NCBI GenBank assembly: GCA_963708025.1
Contig: CAVPSB010000010.1
Location: 1-64,000 of the forward strand
DNA: 64,000 nucleotides
Source: an uncultured Candidatus Rokubacteria bacterium
GTDB lineage: Bacteria > Methylomirabilota > Methylomirabilia > Rokubacteriales > DASRDR01
Direction of reading: 5' to 3'
Shown piece by piece: positions 32,887-43,473 of the stretch; positions within the stretch are counted from its first letter, which is position 1; every line of letters starts with the position of its first letter. The notes under the pieces were generated by a model. That model was not told the DNA's origin and searched no databases. It worked only from the letters and a program-made list of their open reading frames with translations. A program made the position numbers and the translations under genes.

Positions 32887-33050
32887 CTATGCGGCCCGCC
32901 GGACGTAGCGACGAAGCTTGGGCCGGGTCACCATTCGCTTGTACACGGCGAGCTGGTGGCGCCGGGCGAGGTTCTCGAGGGCGAGCTGCCGGTGGCCGCC
33001 GCAGAGCAACGGGAAGAGCCAAAGCAGGTGGAGCAGCGTGCTGATCATGG
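32887..33050 (-). pseudogene. N-terminal remnant of an integrase-core transposase
   Basis: HRQLALENLARRHQLAVYKR...RPKLR; remainder missing. Confidence 0.55.
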
Positions 33051-33088
33051 AGAGAGATTGTCTCCGGATCAGAATAATCCAGGCTAAC

Positions 33089-33133
33089 CTTGCTGGATAA
33101 GCAGGGAGTCGCTGGTTCGAACCCAGGAGGCCA
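33089..33133 (+). tRNA. degenerate tRNA 3' fragment (anticodon arm plus T arm); identity uncertain
   Basis: CTTGC-TGGATAA-GCAGG GAGTC GCTGG-TTCGAAC-CCAGG; no CCA or D-arm. Confidence 0.55.
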
Positions 33134-33197
33134 AGGAGAAGGTGGCGACGAAGAGACCTCCCCGAGGGAAGAAGGTGACAAGTAGGGAGCAAGGGAC

Positions 33198-33554
33198 GTG
33201 TCCAGAGAGAAGCCGATGGACGACCTGGAGTCCGAGTGGCAGCGCAAGGGCGCGACGCTCAGCGACAAGACGGCGCGGAAGGAGTTCGGGCTGACGCAGG
33301 AGGAGATCGTCCGGGCAATCCGAGCCGGCAAGCTCCGCTACCGGCGTAACGCGGTCTTCGGGAACCCCTTCCTGCGGCTTCTCCGACGAGAGGTCGAAGC
33401 GCTGGTTGAGAAGAAGCACGGATACGACTACCTGAAGGGGCGGCAGGCGACGACGGAGTTGGCCCGTATCAACCGCGAGGTGAAGCGGCTGAAGACCCAG
33501 ATCGCCGCGCTGGAAGAGCGGAAGTCAGAGCTGATCGCCGACCTCGGGAGGTGA
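33198..33554 (+). CDS. hypothetical protein (HTH-like with coiled-coil C-terminus)
   Basis: ARKEFGLTQEEIVRAIRAGKLRYR...; clean ORF. Confidence 0.65.
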   Translation: MSREKPMDDLESEWQRKGATLSDKTARKEFGLTQEEIVRAIRAGKLRYRRNAVFGNPFLRLLRREVEALVEKKHGYDYLKGRQATTELARINREVKRLKTQIAALEERKSELIADLGR

Positions 33555-33591
33555 CAGCGTCACCCTGGTATCGAACAAGGAGCGAGAACAA

Positions 33592-34893
33592 TTGAAGGGG
33601 TACTTTGCGCAGGTCCGTCGCGCCGGCTTCGATATCGGTCTCTCGGCCGGAAAGCTCACCAAGGCGATGGTCGAGGTGCTCTCACAGTTGCCGCCTGAGG
33701 CGACGCCCTCGAAGGAGGTCGTCGTGCAGCACCTCGGCCTCCTCGGGCAGATGTCCAAGACCCGCGACATCAACGCCGCCTGGAACAGCGCCAAGCGCCA
33801 AGTCGTGCGAGAGCACCCCGACAGGTTCTGTCTCGACGGCAAGGTCCTGCGTTGGGCATCAGCGATGGAGGATCGCCCCCGAGAGAAGCTCTCGACCGCC
33901 GGCCATCGCAAGCTCGCCGCTCTGGCCGCAAAGGAAGGGATGACGCCGGATGAGCTTCTCGAGTCGCCTGATCTCCTCCTGGCGCAGCGGAGGGAGATGA
34001 CGGCGCGCGACCGACTCCAAGTGCGCGTCAACGACGAGCTCGTACTCGACGCGGGGACGTGCGAGGGGGTCTCGGGTCCGCAGGGTCCCGAGACGCTCAT
34101 TCGCCCGCCCGAGACCACGCTCTTCCACCAGGTGCTCGCCTACCTCAAGGCGAAACCAGATCCGCCCAAGCGCCCGTCTGGCTCGATGGTCGGCCGCGAG
34201 GGCGTAGCCGCCACGGCGCTGACCGTGCGCTGGGGCTCCTACCTCGCCGTGCTCGCCGACCACGACAAGCCCGTCTGGCCGGCGGTGAGCTCAATGGAGA
34301 CGAGCCGCATCAGTGACGAGGAGATGGCACGCATCAACATCGAGGCGTCCGCAGCGCTCGCGGACTGGATCGACCTCTACCGCGCGGACTCCGGGGGACG
34401 CCTCTACACGCAGCTTGTCCACCGGGCTGTCGCCTACCTGCCGATGCCGAAGGGGACGTCGAAGCTCAAGGCCGGCACGTTCGCGACCCTTGCGGACTCC
34501 AACGTGGCATCCCGCGTGGTGCACGCCACAGACACTGAGCGACTCGCGCGTGTGCGAGCGGACGCGGAGCGGTACCCGAGCAGGCTTTTCGCCAACGCGC
34601 TGGTGAACGTGGCGTGGCGCAACGGACCCGTGGAGGACATCCACGCGGGATACTTCCGAGGGTACCCGCTCGCACAGCGGCGGGTGACGCGGGCGGAAGC
34701 GCGGGAGCTGATGCATGTCGCGAGCGAAGGGATGGCGCTCGGGATGACGGTGTGCCTGCAGTTCGCCATGGAGCAACCCAAGCGGTCATGGCCCGAACAG
34801 GTGCTGCCCTACGGTCTGGCCTCGATGATGTTGGTCACGCCGTCGGGCTGGACCCTGACGGAGGCCTCCCGTGAGGTCCGCCTGCCAGCGTAG
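33592..34893 (+). CDS. hypothetical protein (possibly two genes; internal RBS+ATG near 33997)
   Basis: Long ORF with GC-type codon bias; GGAGGGAG-ATG precedes MTARDRLQVRVNDEL. Confidence 0.6.
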   Translation: MKGYFAQVRRAGFDIGLSAGKLTKAMVEVLSQLPPEATPSKEVVVQHLGLLGQMSKTRDINAAWNSAKRQVVREHPDRFCLDGKVLRWASAMEDRPREKLSTAGHRKLAALAAKEGMTPDELLESPDLLLAQRREMTARDRLQVRVNDELVLDAGTCEGVSGPQGPETLIRPPETTLFHQVLAYLKAKPDPPKRPSGSMVGREGVAATALTVRWGSYLAVLADHDKPVWPAVSSMETSRISDEEMARINIEASAALADWIDLYRADSGGRLYTQLVHRAVAYLPMPKGTSKLKAGTFATLADSNVASRVVHATDTERLARVRADAERYPSRLFANALVNVAWRNGPVEDIHAGYFRGYPLAQRRVTRAEARELMHVASEGMALGMTVCLQFAMEQPKRSWPEQVLPYGLASMMLVTPSGWTLTEASREVRLPA

Positions 34894-35213
34894 AGCCCGC
34901 TGTCCGCGATTGGCGGGCCGCGAGGAGCGCCGTCGTTATCGCGACCATCCAACACACCGATTCGGGCAGTGAAATCCAAGGCACCGAGGCCTGCTATGAC
35001 AAAGGCGGTGTCCCGGTCAGAAACATCATCGGCCCGCCCTTCTCGATTCTCCGACGCGCGGTGAGGGGGCATGGGCGTGCGCCGGCGCCTGCGGCGAGGC
35101 TGCCGGTCTCGCGAGTGATCTGGACGAAGTCGCCCGGGAAGACCTCGGCGGCGCAGATGGCGCGCCACTCGCCCGCTCGGTGCCTGATATCCAGACGACC
35201 GGCCGCTCGGCCA

Positions 35214-36402
35214 TCACCGTTCCCGGCGTGGTGGTCTCCGGAATGCTTCGAGGTGGGGCATCAGGTCGCGGAGCAGGATGCGCGTGTTGAAGGGGAGGAC
35301 CGCCTGGGGCAGGGCGCCGGCCTGGACGGCCAGGGACCGTCGCACCGCGACCAGGAGGTTGGGCGCGCGGACCCGCCCCAGCTTGCGGAGCTTGCTCGCG
35401 AGGTACTCCGGGGTCCAGTAGCCGACGATCTCGAGCGCGACCTCGGTGCCGTCGGCGTGGGTGAACACGAAGTCGGGGATGAGGAGCTCGCCGCCCGTCT
35501 CGAGGATCATCGCCTCCCGTCGGAGGCGCCAGCCGTCCCGCTCGCGGCCGAACTTTTCGGCCAGCGCCGCCTCGATCGCCGAGTCGAAGAGCCTCGGCGC
35601 CGGGACGCGGGATCGAAGGCCGTCGGCGGAGGACAGCGTGAAGGTCAGCGGACGCCAGCCCTTCCGCAGGACGATCTCGGCGGTGAGTCGCCAGTCCCGA
35701 GCCTGCACGAGGGCGGCCAGGAACCGGGCGAAGTCGACCCCATAGGCGTGGGTGTGACGGAGGATCGAGTTGGGGCCGTCGAAGACGAACCGGTAGCCGC
35801 CACCAGCCGGCTCGATCCGATGCAGGAGGCGAGCGAGGCGTGCGTACTGGACGACATGCCGGAAGTCACGGGCAGTCTCCAGCGCTGACGCGGACCGCGG
35901 AGTAGAGCAGGGCCTGGGCCTGGCCGAGGTCGTAGTCGGCCCGGAGATCCTCCGGGGTGTAGTCGCCGGGGAACGAGCGGAGGCGGTGAAACTCGGGGTA
36001 GTCGGCGTACAGGAGCGCGACCAGTCCGTCCGGCTGGTCCGGCGCCTCGCCGAATACCTGGGCGACGACAGCACCCGCATCGGCGCGGTCGAGCACGGGA
36101 TGGCGGCCGCCGGCCAGCTCGAAGACTCGTACTCGACGCTCTGGCGCCTGCGGGCCGCGAGGCCACTCGTAGGTCGCGGTGTCATCGAGGAGCTGCACGA
36201 TCGCCTCGACACGATCCGGGCGCACGTTCTCGAGGGCTGCCCGGGCGGCATCCCGCACGCGCCCGAGCCGTGTGCCCGCACTGGCCCGGTAGACGGCGAG
36301 CGCCCGCTCCAGGTGCGCGACGTCCGCCTCGGGCAGGCGGTCAGAAGAGATGGAGCTGTCGCGCCTGTTCCAGTGATAGACGCGCTGCGGCTTTGTAAGC
36401 AC
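35214..36402 (-). CDS. DUF790 (Bax1-like) nuclease, frameshift near 35880
   Basis: LYADYPE, YDLGQAQALLY, FDSAIEAALA, IPDFVF...LEIVGYWTPEYL. Confidence 0.85.
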
Positions 36403-37810
36403 CCGTTCGACCGCGCCGCCGCGAGGTCTCGACCTCCGGCGTTTCCTGGAGCACCACCTCGTAGAGCCGCGCCGCGCGGTCTCCGGAGCGCCGCAGCAGG
36501 CGACCGATGCGCTGCACGGCCTCCTTGACGCCCTTCTCGCCGCCCAGCACCACCCCCACCTTGAGGGCGGGGGCATCCCAGCCCTCGTTGAGCACCTCGC
36601 AGGCCGCGATGGCCCGGATCGTCCCGCGAGCGAAGGCGTCCAGCACGGCGTTGCGCTCGCGCTTGTCCGAGTGGGCGGTGAGCGCGGGAACCAGGAAGCG
36701 CGCCGAGACCTCCAGCGCCATCCGGTTCGAGGCGGTGAAGATCACGCACGGCTCGTCGGGGTGCAGCCGCAGGATGTCTTCCACCACCCGGAGTTTCTCC
36801 GCCGACCGGTGGATGAGGGCGAGCTTTCGGCGGTAGGCGCGGAGGACCTCGCGGGCCTCGGCGTCGGTCCGCGACCGACGCGTGAGGTCGGTCCACTCGA
36901 AATCCGGCTCCTCGCGGCGGCGCTCGGCGACGTACGCGCGGACCCGGCGGGAGAGCCGGTCGAACTCGTCCTGCTCCTCGGTGCCGAGGTAGATCGGCAC
37001 CCGGACGAGGCAGTAGTCGGCGAGCGTCCGGCCCTTGGCCTCCGCGATCTCCTCGCGGAAGACGAGGGGGCCGATCAGCTCATCCAGCAGTCGCTCCCGC
37101 TGATCGGCCCGCTCCGGGGTCGCCGTGAGGCCGAGTCGCAGCGGCGCCAGGGAGTCGAGGGCGCTCTCGTGCAGGGTCGGGCCCGGCAGGTGATGGGCCT
37201 CGTCGAAGACGACGAGGCGGAAGCGGTTGCCGATCTCCTTCATGTGGATGTAGGCGCTGTCGTACGTCGTGACCGTGATCGGCCATACCTCGCGCCGCCC
37301 GTCCCCGAGCACGCCGGCGTCGAACCCCAGGCCCTGCCGGATCCGCCGCTGCCACTGGTACATGAGGTCGCGGAGCGGGGCGACGACGAGGGTCGAGACG
37401 CGGTGGCGGGCGACGATGGAGAGCGCGACCTCCGTCTTGCCGGTGCCCGTCGGCTTCACGATCACGCCGCGCCCGCCCGCCCGCTCCCAGGCCGTGATGG
37501 CCGCCTCCTGGTCGGGCCTCAGCGGGGGCAGCGACGGCCGGAGCGGTGGGCACTCGAAGAAGCGCGCGGCCGTGTCCTCGAACGAGAGCGAGTAGGCGGC
37601 CGCGTCCTCGGACAGGCGCAGATGGTTGATCGCCTCGGTCCGCCAGGCCCCGACCCGCGGGTCCCAGGTGAGGTACGGCGGGACCGGTGTGCTCCGCGGA
37701 GTCTCGAGCCGGAGCGATCCCCGGTCGAAGGCGAGCCGAGCGCCGGGCAAGGGCGCGGGGAGGCGTCCGGACGGTCGTCGGGGGCGTCGAAGGTCAGGTC
37801 GGGCTGCCAC
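36341..37810 (-). CDS. XPB/Rad25-like SF2 helicase
   Basis: WDPRVGAWR, LRPDQ, PTGTGKT, DEAHH, LTATPER, NEGWDAP, QRIGR. Confidence 0.9.
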   Translation of the reverse strand: MAARPDLRRPRRPSGRLPAPLPGARLAFDRGSLRLETPRSTPVPPYLTWDPRVGAWRTEAINHLRLSEDAAAYSLSFEDTAARFFECPPLRPSLPPLRPDQEAAITAWERAGGRGVIVKPTGTGKTEVALSIVARHRVSTLVVAPLRDLMYQWQRRIRQGLGFDAGVLGDGRREVWPITVTTYDSAYIHMKEIGNRFRLVVFDEAHHLPGPTLHESALDSLAPLRLGLTATPERADQRERLLDELIGPLVFREEIAEAKGRTLADYCLVRVPIYLGTEEQDEFDRLSRRVRAYVAERRREEPDFEWTDLTRRSRTDAEAREVLRAYRRKLALIHRSAEKLRVVEDILRLHPDEPCVIFTASNRMALEVSARFLVPALTAHSDKRERNAVLDAFARGTIRAIAACEVLNEGWDAPALKVGVVLGGEKGVKEAVQRIGRLLRRSGDRAARLYEVVLQETPEVETSRRRGRTGAYKAAARLSLEQARQLHLF

Positions 37811-38154
37811 GACGTGATCCTATCAGAAGGTGGGAGGGCCGCTCGACCCGCTCAGCCTCGCCCAGCCCGGAGCCTCCTGATCCTTTCCAACTGTCGCTGG
37901 AGCGCACGCCCGGGGTCAGGCAGCCCGCGCGTCGTGGTGATGGAGGCCGATCGACCGCCGCCCTCGGCGCTCCGGGCGTTCCTCGGGAGCTTCCGGGCGT
38001 GACGCCCGCCTTGGCCACTGGACGCGGATCCGCGGGGGACCCGGCTGTCGGTGAGATACGTTCAGTCGAGACGCGCCATCCGTCAATTCTGACCGGCCCA
38101 GTGACCCAGGTCTCACTTTACGTTATACTGCCTTCGTAAAGGAGGACGCTGACG

Positions 38155-38382
38155 GTGCCGACGAAGGAAGTGACGCTCAGTTCCAAGCATCAAATCGTCA
38201 TCCCTCGGGAGTCGCGCAAGGTCCTCGGTCTCAAGCCGGGTGACAAGCTGTTGATCGTGACGCTCGGGGAACAGGTCATCGTGCTTCGCAAGCCGGGGCG
38301 TCATGCTGACGCGACCCGGGGGCTCGCTCGGGGCCTGTACCCGAAGGGATACCTCAAGGCCGAACGCGCCGCGTGGGAATGA
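38155..38382 (+). CDS. vapB: AbrB/MazE-family antitoxin
   Basis: LSSKHQIVIPRESRKVLGLKPGDKL. Confidence 0.85.
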   Translation: MPTKEVTLSSKHQIVIPRESRKVLGLKPGDKLLIVTLGEQVIVLRKPGRHADATRGLARGLYPKGYLKAERAAWE

Positions 38383-38828
38383 GCCCGCCCCTGGACTGGC
38401 GGCTCGCCCGAACGCTGGCGCTCGACACGGCCGCCTTCATCTATCACCTGGAAGCCCATCCGGTGTACGCGCCACGCCTCCTGCCCATCTTCCGGCAGAT
38501 CGAGCAAGGTCGATGTCAGGCCGTGACCTCGACCCTGACGTTCCTCGAGGTGCTGGTGCAACCCTACCGGACGGGTGACGACGAGAAGCGGGCGGCGCTC
38601 TCCGCGCTGCTGGCGTCGTTTCCCGGGGTGACCTGGATCGCCCTGGACTTACCCGTCGCCGATCGGGCCGCCGCTCTCCGGGCGCGGTACCGGCTGCACA
38701 CCCCCGATGCGATCCAGCTGGCGACGGCGCTTCAGGCGAGGGCGGACGTCTTCTTGACCAATGACCGCGATCTTCGGCGGGTCGAGGAAGTGCCGGTGCT
38801 GCTCATCGAAGAGTGCGTCGACCGATAG
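38379..38828 (+). CDS. vapC: PIN-domain toxin
   Basis: ALDTAAFIY, TFLEVL, TPDAIQLATA, FLTND. Confidence 0.9.
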   Translation: MSPPLDWRLARTLALDTAAFIYHLEAHPVYAPRLLPIFRQIEQGRCQAVTSTLTFLEVLVQPYRTGDDEKRAALSALLASFPGVTWIALDLPVADRAAALRARYRLHTPDAIQLATALQARADVFLTNDRDLRRVEEVPVLLIEECVDR

Positions 38829-38955
38829 ACTCCCTGGGGGGCAGTCGGGAACGGGATGGGGTGTCGATGGCGTCGGCCAGGCTGTGAGACGCCGTGGTGA
38901 ACACTCGAGAGGTGCGTGTCTTCCGCGATCGGCCGACATGACGGCGATACCCTGA

Positions 38956-39324
38956 ATGTTGTCGATCAACGCGATCACCCTGGCGACGCACGACATGGCC
39001 CGGGCCGTCCGCTTCTACCGCGCCCTCGGATTCCAGGTCGAGTACGGAGACGAGCGGGCCGCGTTCACGTCGTTTGCGGTAGGGCAGGGACACCTGAACC
39101 TGACGGTGGAGCCGCCGGAGCGACGCTGGTCGTGGTGGGGCCGGGTGATCGTCTATGTCGAGGACGTCGACGCCGTCTACACCCGCGCCCGGACCCAGGG
39201 CCTCGAGCCCAGCTCAGTGCCGCGGGATGCCCCGTGGGGCGAGCGGTTCTTCCACATCACGGACCCCGACGGCCATGAGCTGAGTTTCGCCCAGCCGCTC
39301 GGCGATCGGAGTGGACGTCGATGA
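38956..39324 (+). CDS. VOC/glyoxalase family protein
   Basis: ITLATHDMARAVRFY...PWGERFFHITDPDGHELSF. Confidence 0.9.
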   Translation: MLSINAITLATHDMARAVRFYRALGFQVEYGDERAAFTSFAVGQGHLNLTVEPPERRWSWWGRVIVYVEDVDAVYTRARTQGLEPSSVPRDAPWGERFFHITDPDGHELSFAQPLGDRSGRR

Positions 39325-39329
39325 CGGCG

Positions 39330-39676
39330 TCGCCGTTTGCGCTTCTCAACGGGGGCGGCATCCCCGATCTCGTGGCGGTGCAGGCCCCGGCGGCGGACTC
39401 CACGTCCGCGCGTTCGACGGAAGAACCGGGGTGCCACTCCCAGGTGCGATTGGGGCCTTCTTCGCCGATGACCCGTCTTGTGCGGGTGGGGTGTTCGTCG
39501 GCCGTGCCGATGTCAACGCGGAGACAGCGTGCCCGACATCAACACCGGAGCCGGTGCCGGGGGGGAGGGCGCCTGTGGAGGTGTTCAGCGGCGTGGACGG
39601 CTCCCCGCCGCCCCCCAATGGCTCGTTCTTCGCCTCACGCCGGCGTTCACCGGGGGGTGTCTCCGTCGATCCGTGA
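39330..39676 (+). pseudogene. remnant of an FG-GAP-like repeat protein
   Basis: GAGPGGGLHVRAFDG...GGVFVG..DVN and PDINTGAGAGG..VEVFSG...FTGG across frames. Confidence 0.5.
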
Positions 39677-39773
39677 CAACCTCTTGACATCCCACGGGCG
39701 GGCCGGCCGTACACTCGATGCGGAGACAGGACGGGGTGTCCGTGCAGTGCGGGATGAGAGAGGACGGTGAGAC

Positions 39774-40283
39774 ATGACGACGAGACGGAAGCTCCTCGGG
39801 TACGGCGTGACTCTCGGGTGGATGGGCGGATGGGTGGGAGCCTTTGGCGGCGTTGCGGCCTCGCTGGCCCGGGCCCAGGGCAAGACGGCCAGCGCCTTCG
39901 AGGTCGCCCGGTCCGACGCCGAGTGGCGGAAGCGCCTCACGCCGCAGCAGTTCCACGTGCTCCGGCAGCACGGCACCGAGCGGGCGGGGAGCAGTCCCCT
40001 CGACAAGGAGTACGCCAAGGGGGTCTACCACTGCGCGGGGTGCGACCTCCCGCTCTTCTCGTCGGAGACGAAGTTCGACAGCGGCACCGGCTGGCCGAGC
40101 TTCTGGGCGCCCATCGAGAACGCCATCGGGACCACCGCGGACCGGAGTCTCTTCATGGTCCGGACGGAGGTCCACTGCCGGCGGTGTGGCGGGCACCTCG
40201 GGCACGTGTTCGAGGACGGGCCCAAGCCGACCGGACTCCGCTACTGCATGAACGGCCTCGCGCTCGCTTTCAGGAGGGCCTGA
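39774..40283 (+). CDS. msrB: peptide-methionine (R)-S-oxide reductase, exported (twin-arginine-like leader)
   Basis: [37 protein letters not shown]-terminus. Confidence 0.95.
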   Translation: MTTRRKLLGYGVTLGWMGGWVGAFGGVAASLARAQGKTASAFEVARSDAEWRKRLTPQQFHVLRQHGTERAGSSPLDKEYAKGVYHCAGCDLPLFSSETKFDSGTGWPSFWAPIENAIGTTADRSLFMVRTEVHCRRCGGHLGHVFEDGPKPTGLRYCMNGLALAFRRA

Positions 40284-40286
40284 TCC

Positions 40287-40902
40287 ATGCGATCCGTGGT
40301 GTTGCTCCGGCTCGCGGTGGTGGCGAGCCTGGTCGCCTTCACGGCGGTCGCCGCCGACGCGCAAGAGCTGGCCAAGGCCACGTTCGCCGGCGGCTGCTTC
40401 TGGTGCATGGAGCCCCCGTTCGACAAGCTCGACGGGCGTCGTCTCGACCACCTCGGGGTACACGGGCGGCCAGAAGGCGAACCCGACCTACGAGCAGGTG
40501 TCGGCCGGCACCACCGGCCATGCCGAGGCGGTGGAGATCGTCTACGATCCGCGCAAGGTCACCTACGCCCAGCTCCTGGAAGTCTTCTGGCACAACATCG
40601 ACCCGACCACGCCGGACCGGCAGTTCTGCGACATCGGCAGCCAGTACCGCGCCGCGATCTTCTTCCACGACGAGACCCAGCGCCGGCTCGCCGAGGAGTC
40701 GAAGGGGGCGGTGGCCCAGCGCCTCCGGCAGCCGGTCGTGACCCAGGTCGTGCTGGCCGCCACGTTCTACGTCGCGGAGGAATACCACCAGGACTTCTAC
40801 AAGAAGAACCCGATCCGCTACCAGGTCTACCGGACGGGCTGCGGCCGCGACCGGCGCCTGGAGGCGCTCTGGGGGAAGGCGACCTCGGCCGCGCCGCGCT
40901 GA
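40287..40902 (+). CDS. msrA: peptide-methionine (S)-S-oxide reductase with signal peptide (frameshift near 40437)
   Basis: FAGGCFWCME, GHAEAV, GSQYR, AEEYHQDFY. Confidence 0.95.
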
Positions 40903-41163
40903 GCCGGCCGGCCTCCCGCTTCGCCATCGCGGGGCCCTGACCCCGCGGCTCGACCGGGCCGCGCCGGTGGCCGGAACTGAGCAATTGTCACCGTCCCGGA
41001 GGAGGTTTTGGGGCCGAGGAAGCGGAGGGTGACTTTGCCCGTACTTTGCCCGAACTATCGAGCGCGACCGTAGATCATCGACGGGAAGGGGAAGCTGAAG
41101 GAGCGGCTAAGCGGCTGGAATACTTACGAAAGCCACCGATGGTGTCGGATGGCGTTACGGTAG

Positions 41164-41194
41164 GGACGCGGGTTCGACTCCCGCCACCAGCACC
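41164..41194 (+). other. 3' end fragment of tmRNA or a tRNA (att site)
   Basis: GGAC GCGGG-TTCGACT-CCCGC CACCAGC ACCA; no 5' half; ACTTTGCCCG x2 at 41032 and 41043. Confidence 0.75.
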
Positions 41195-41299
41195 AGTTTA
41201 GTGCGCTCAGCCTCTCGCTTCTGGGCTCGCTCCGCCTGGCCGGGATAGCTCGGGACAGTTCCGCGTGAGGCGGGCCCTGGCTGGGGCGACTTCCGAGGG

Positions 41300-41671
41300 C
41301 TAGGAGCGCGTGCGAGGCTCCCGGCTGTGGGCTACGCGGAGCCGCTCCTCTTCCCAATCCGGCTCCACGTTGCCAGGCACGGCGATTCCCAGCGAGGCGT
41401 AGTCGGTGACACCCGGCGGGAGGTTGCCCATGGTCGTCGGCTCGGTCGTCATCAAGCCAGAGACCCGGACAGTCCCGGGAATCGCCGGGAGAACTCCGAC
41501 GACGCGGTCGCCCGGGGTGAGGTCGATGCAGGCGTCGTCGAAGATCGGCCGGACGGTGAGCTGGCCCTGACCATCGGGCCGGCGCGTTTCGAGCACGACC
41601 CATCCCATCACGACCTCGAGAGCGAACCAGCGACTGTCCAGTACATGCGCCTTCAGCTCCACCAGCGCCAC
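41300..41671 (-). CDS. hypothetical protein
   Basis: 123-aa ORF with AGGAG upstream of GTG. Confidence 0.55.
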   Translation of the reverse strand: MALVELKAHVLDSRWFALEVVMGWVVLETRRPDGQGQLTVRPIFDDACIDLTPGDRVVGVLPAIPGTVRVSGLMTTEPTTMGNLPPGVTDYASLGIAVPGNVEPDWEEERLRVAHSREPRTRS

Positions 41672-41841
41672 CTCCTATGGCCGCCGCTTCTCCCACCGCG
41701 CCCGGGTGGCTTTCCGGGCATGGGCCAACGGGGCGAATTCTACCACCGGGCGGCCGCCTTCCGCCGGGCTCGGAGCGCGTGATAGCTCGAGGGCCTCGAG
41801 CGGTGGGACGCGCGCCTGGTGGGAGGTGCTGAAGGCCGAGG

Positions 41842-42324
41842 CTACGCCGGCGGCCGCCGCGCCAGCGCCGCCCGGACGGCGTTCACCACGGCCGTGAGCG
41901 ACTGCGGCTTCGGCAGGCGGCCGACGATGTTGAGCCCGTGGTCAGCCACGGGCTCCTCGTCGAGAAAGCCCGAGATGATCAGCACGGGGATCCGCGCGAG
42001 GGCCGGGCGCTGGCGCACCCGCTGCAGCACCGCGTCACCGCTGAGCTCGGGCATGCGGAGGTCGAGGATCATCAGGTCCGGGAGCAGCATCCGCAGGCGC
42101 TCGAGGGCCTCACCGCCGTCGCGGGCGTACGCCGTCCGGAACCCCGCCCTGCGCAACGCGGTCGTCCACACGTCGCAGATGACCGGATCGTCGTCGGCGA
42201 TCAGGATCCAGGGGGGTGGCAGCTTGACGGGGGCCGGTCTCGCGCTCGCCGGCGTTGGTGGGTCCTCGAACGGGCGGTGGCCGGGCTCGCGATCGGCGGG
42301 GAAGGCGGAGCCGGCGGCCATCAT
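41842..42324 (-). CDS. single-domain response regulator
   Basis: ILIADDD, LMILDLRMP, IISG, LPKP. Confidence 0.85.
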   Translation of the reverse strand: MMAAGSAFPADREPGHRPFEDPPTPASARPAPVKLPPPWILIADDDPVICDVWTTALRRAGFRTAYARDGGEALERLRMLLPDLMILDLRMPELSGDAVLQRVRQRPALARIPVLIISGFLDEEPVADHGLNIVGRLPKPQSLTAVVNAVRAALARRPPA

Positions 42325-42697
42325 GGTACGTGTGGCTCAGGGTATCGGATTTCAGCGCGGCCGACAAGCTGGGGCTTGCCCCGATGGTATCTGTTTGGGA
42401 TACGGCGGTCGGCTCGCCCTGCTCCCGCGGAGACTCGGAGGCCAATGATGAGAGCGCTCCTGATCGGACCTCGTCTGCATGCCGGCGATCGCCTGGACGG
42501 ACGTCCTCGAGCTGACCAGCGGCGAGGACGGCTCGGGCGTCCGGGTCAGCCTGGATCACGTCACCATCCAGGCGGGCGACCGGCCGCTCATCCTCGAGCG
42601 AGAGAAGGGCCGGGCGGTGTTCTTTGGCGCCGCCCTGCGGGCCCGCTGTGCCGAAGCAGTACGCCGGCGCCGCCCGGCGCCGCGTCCGGAGATCCGG

Positions 42698-43080
42698 TCA
42701 GGGGATGCAGGGCAGGACCAGGATCACGCCGGAGACCAGCCCGCCGACGACCGCGATGACCACCACGTTCGCGGTGAGCAGCTCCCAGGTGGTGCCGACG
42801 AGCGAGGGCGCGGGCTCGACCTCGACCGGCAGCCCATACCACTCCGCGCTGTGCCACTCGGCGCTGAGGTTCGCCAACAAGTCGAGCACCGCCACCACCA
42901 GGGCCGTCAGCACCACGGTGACCGAGAAGGCCAGAATCGAGCCCGAGCTGGTGCCGACGAACCCGGCCCCGAGGCCGGCGGCGATGGCGAAGGCGAAGGG
43001 ACCGAGCGGCTGGCGAAGGAGGGTGATCAAGCCCGCGCTCCGGCTGGCGACGATCCGGCTGGGTCGAGGCTGGCCACCAT
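42698..43080 (-). CDS. hypothetical membrane protein (start uncertain)
   Basis: Three hydrophobic segments in the C-terminal part of ORF 42698..43294. Confidence 0.35.
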
Positions 43081-43473
43081 GGTGTTGAAGTATGCACCAG
43101 ATCTGGCCGGATCGTACCCGGCCTGACCCTTGCGGAGCTTCCGGGCCCCCCCGGGGCGCCCATGACCAGGACTGCGATGCATCCAGGCTCCCCCCACGGC
43201 TAACCCAAGGCCGAACGAATCGAATCGGGGCTCGCGCGCCGCCCTGCCTGGCCCCGTGACCCGGGGGCCAGGCAATACTCGGGTTCCCACCCACCTCCCC
43301 GGGCCTTCACTTCCGGGGACGGACATCAGCAGTTATCGGGCCAACGCGCGGGCCACTCCGAAGCGGACGCTCCCCGCAGTGTGCGGGCAACGACACTCCT
43401 GACATCTCCGCGTAGCCCGGCCGGACAGACCGGATCGACGTAAGGGCCGGAACGCTGGCCGCCGGCGGCAAAA

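Noticed and set aside
39684-39715. TTGACA...TACACT promoter for msrB
   Set aside because: 20-bp spacing is outside the sigma70 norm
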